DNA of 64,000 nucleotides from Octopus sinensis (lineage: Eukaryota): NCBI RefSeq assembly GCF_006345805.1, contig NC_043014.1, forward strand, positions 30,690,001 through 30,754,000, in the 5' to 3' direction. The notes under the pieces were generated by a model. That model was given only the letters and a program-made list of their open reading frames with translations, was not told the DNA's origin and ran no database searches. This document shows, one piece after another, positions 63,880 to 64,000 of the stretch. Position numbers and translations under genes: made by a program. Each line of letters starts with the position of its first letter. Position 1 is the first letter of the stretch.

Positions 63880-64000
63880 TACAAGAGGGTGCTGAAAAGT
63901 TACTGGCTTTAAGAGTATTGCAAAAGGCCTGGTTGGAAGCCCAATCTTCCCAGTTCCTTTACAGGGCTTAGAAAAACTGAAGGACTGCTGCAATAAGAGT
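63880..64000 (+). mobile_element. Probable mariner-derived MITE start (truncated by window end)
   Basis: ta-caagagggtgctgaaaagtt resembles a mariner TIR. Inference. Confidence 0.45.

Overview
AT-rich, repeat-dense animal genomic DNA. The repeat families and gene structure point to a coleoid cephalopod, most likely an octopus (inference). Two conserved genes diverge head-to-head. CHK1/CHEK1 is on the - strand: 7 coding exons, 19392 to 8092, 718 nt of kinase domain, with the remainder outside the window. Nicastrin (NCSTN) is on the + strand: 9 well-supported exons, 48305-63661, plus a candidate signal-peptide exon at 34537-34615; its 3' end is outside the window. The rest is mobile DNA. A near-full-length RTE-clade LINE (APE-RT-PHD) lies antisense to CHK1, downstream of the last CHK1 exon found, and is preceded by a 175-bp tandem array. 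There are many 5'-truncated RTE tails, a decayed Tx1/L1-like LINE, a CR1/Jockey-group fragment, Tigger, Tc1/maT and mariner remnants, hAT- and piggyBac-type MITEs, and several tRNA-headed SINE families. The most notable observations are: (1) a complete type-I hammerhead ribozyme core in the sense strand of a nicastrin intron, preceded by a perfect fold-back palindrome; (2) a head-to-head tRNA-headed repeat dimer carrying degenerate hammerhead cores in a CHK1 intron; (3) an intron-like segment at the RTE 5' end whose removal would delete the only in-frame AUG and place a stop codon directly before the ORF; (4) an RTE ORF broken only by three single-base homopolymer deletions. No computation or database search was run. 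Coordinates were read by eye, and repeat boundaries are approximate.
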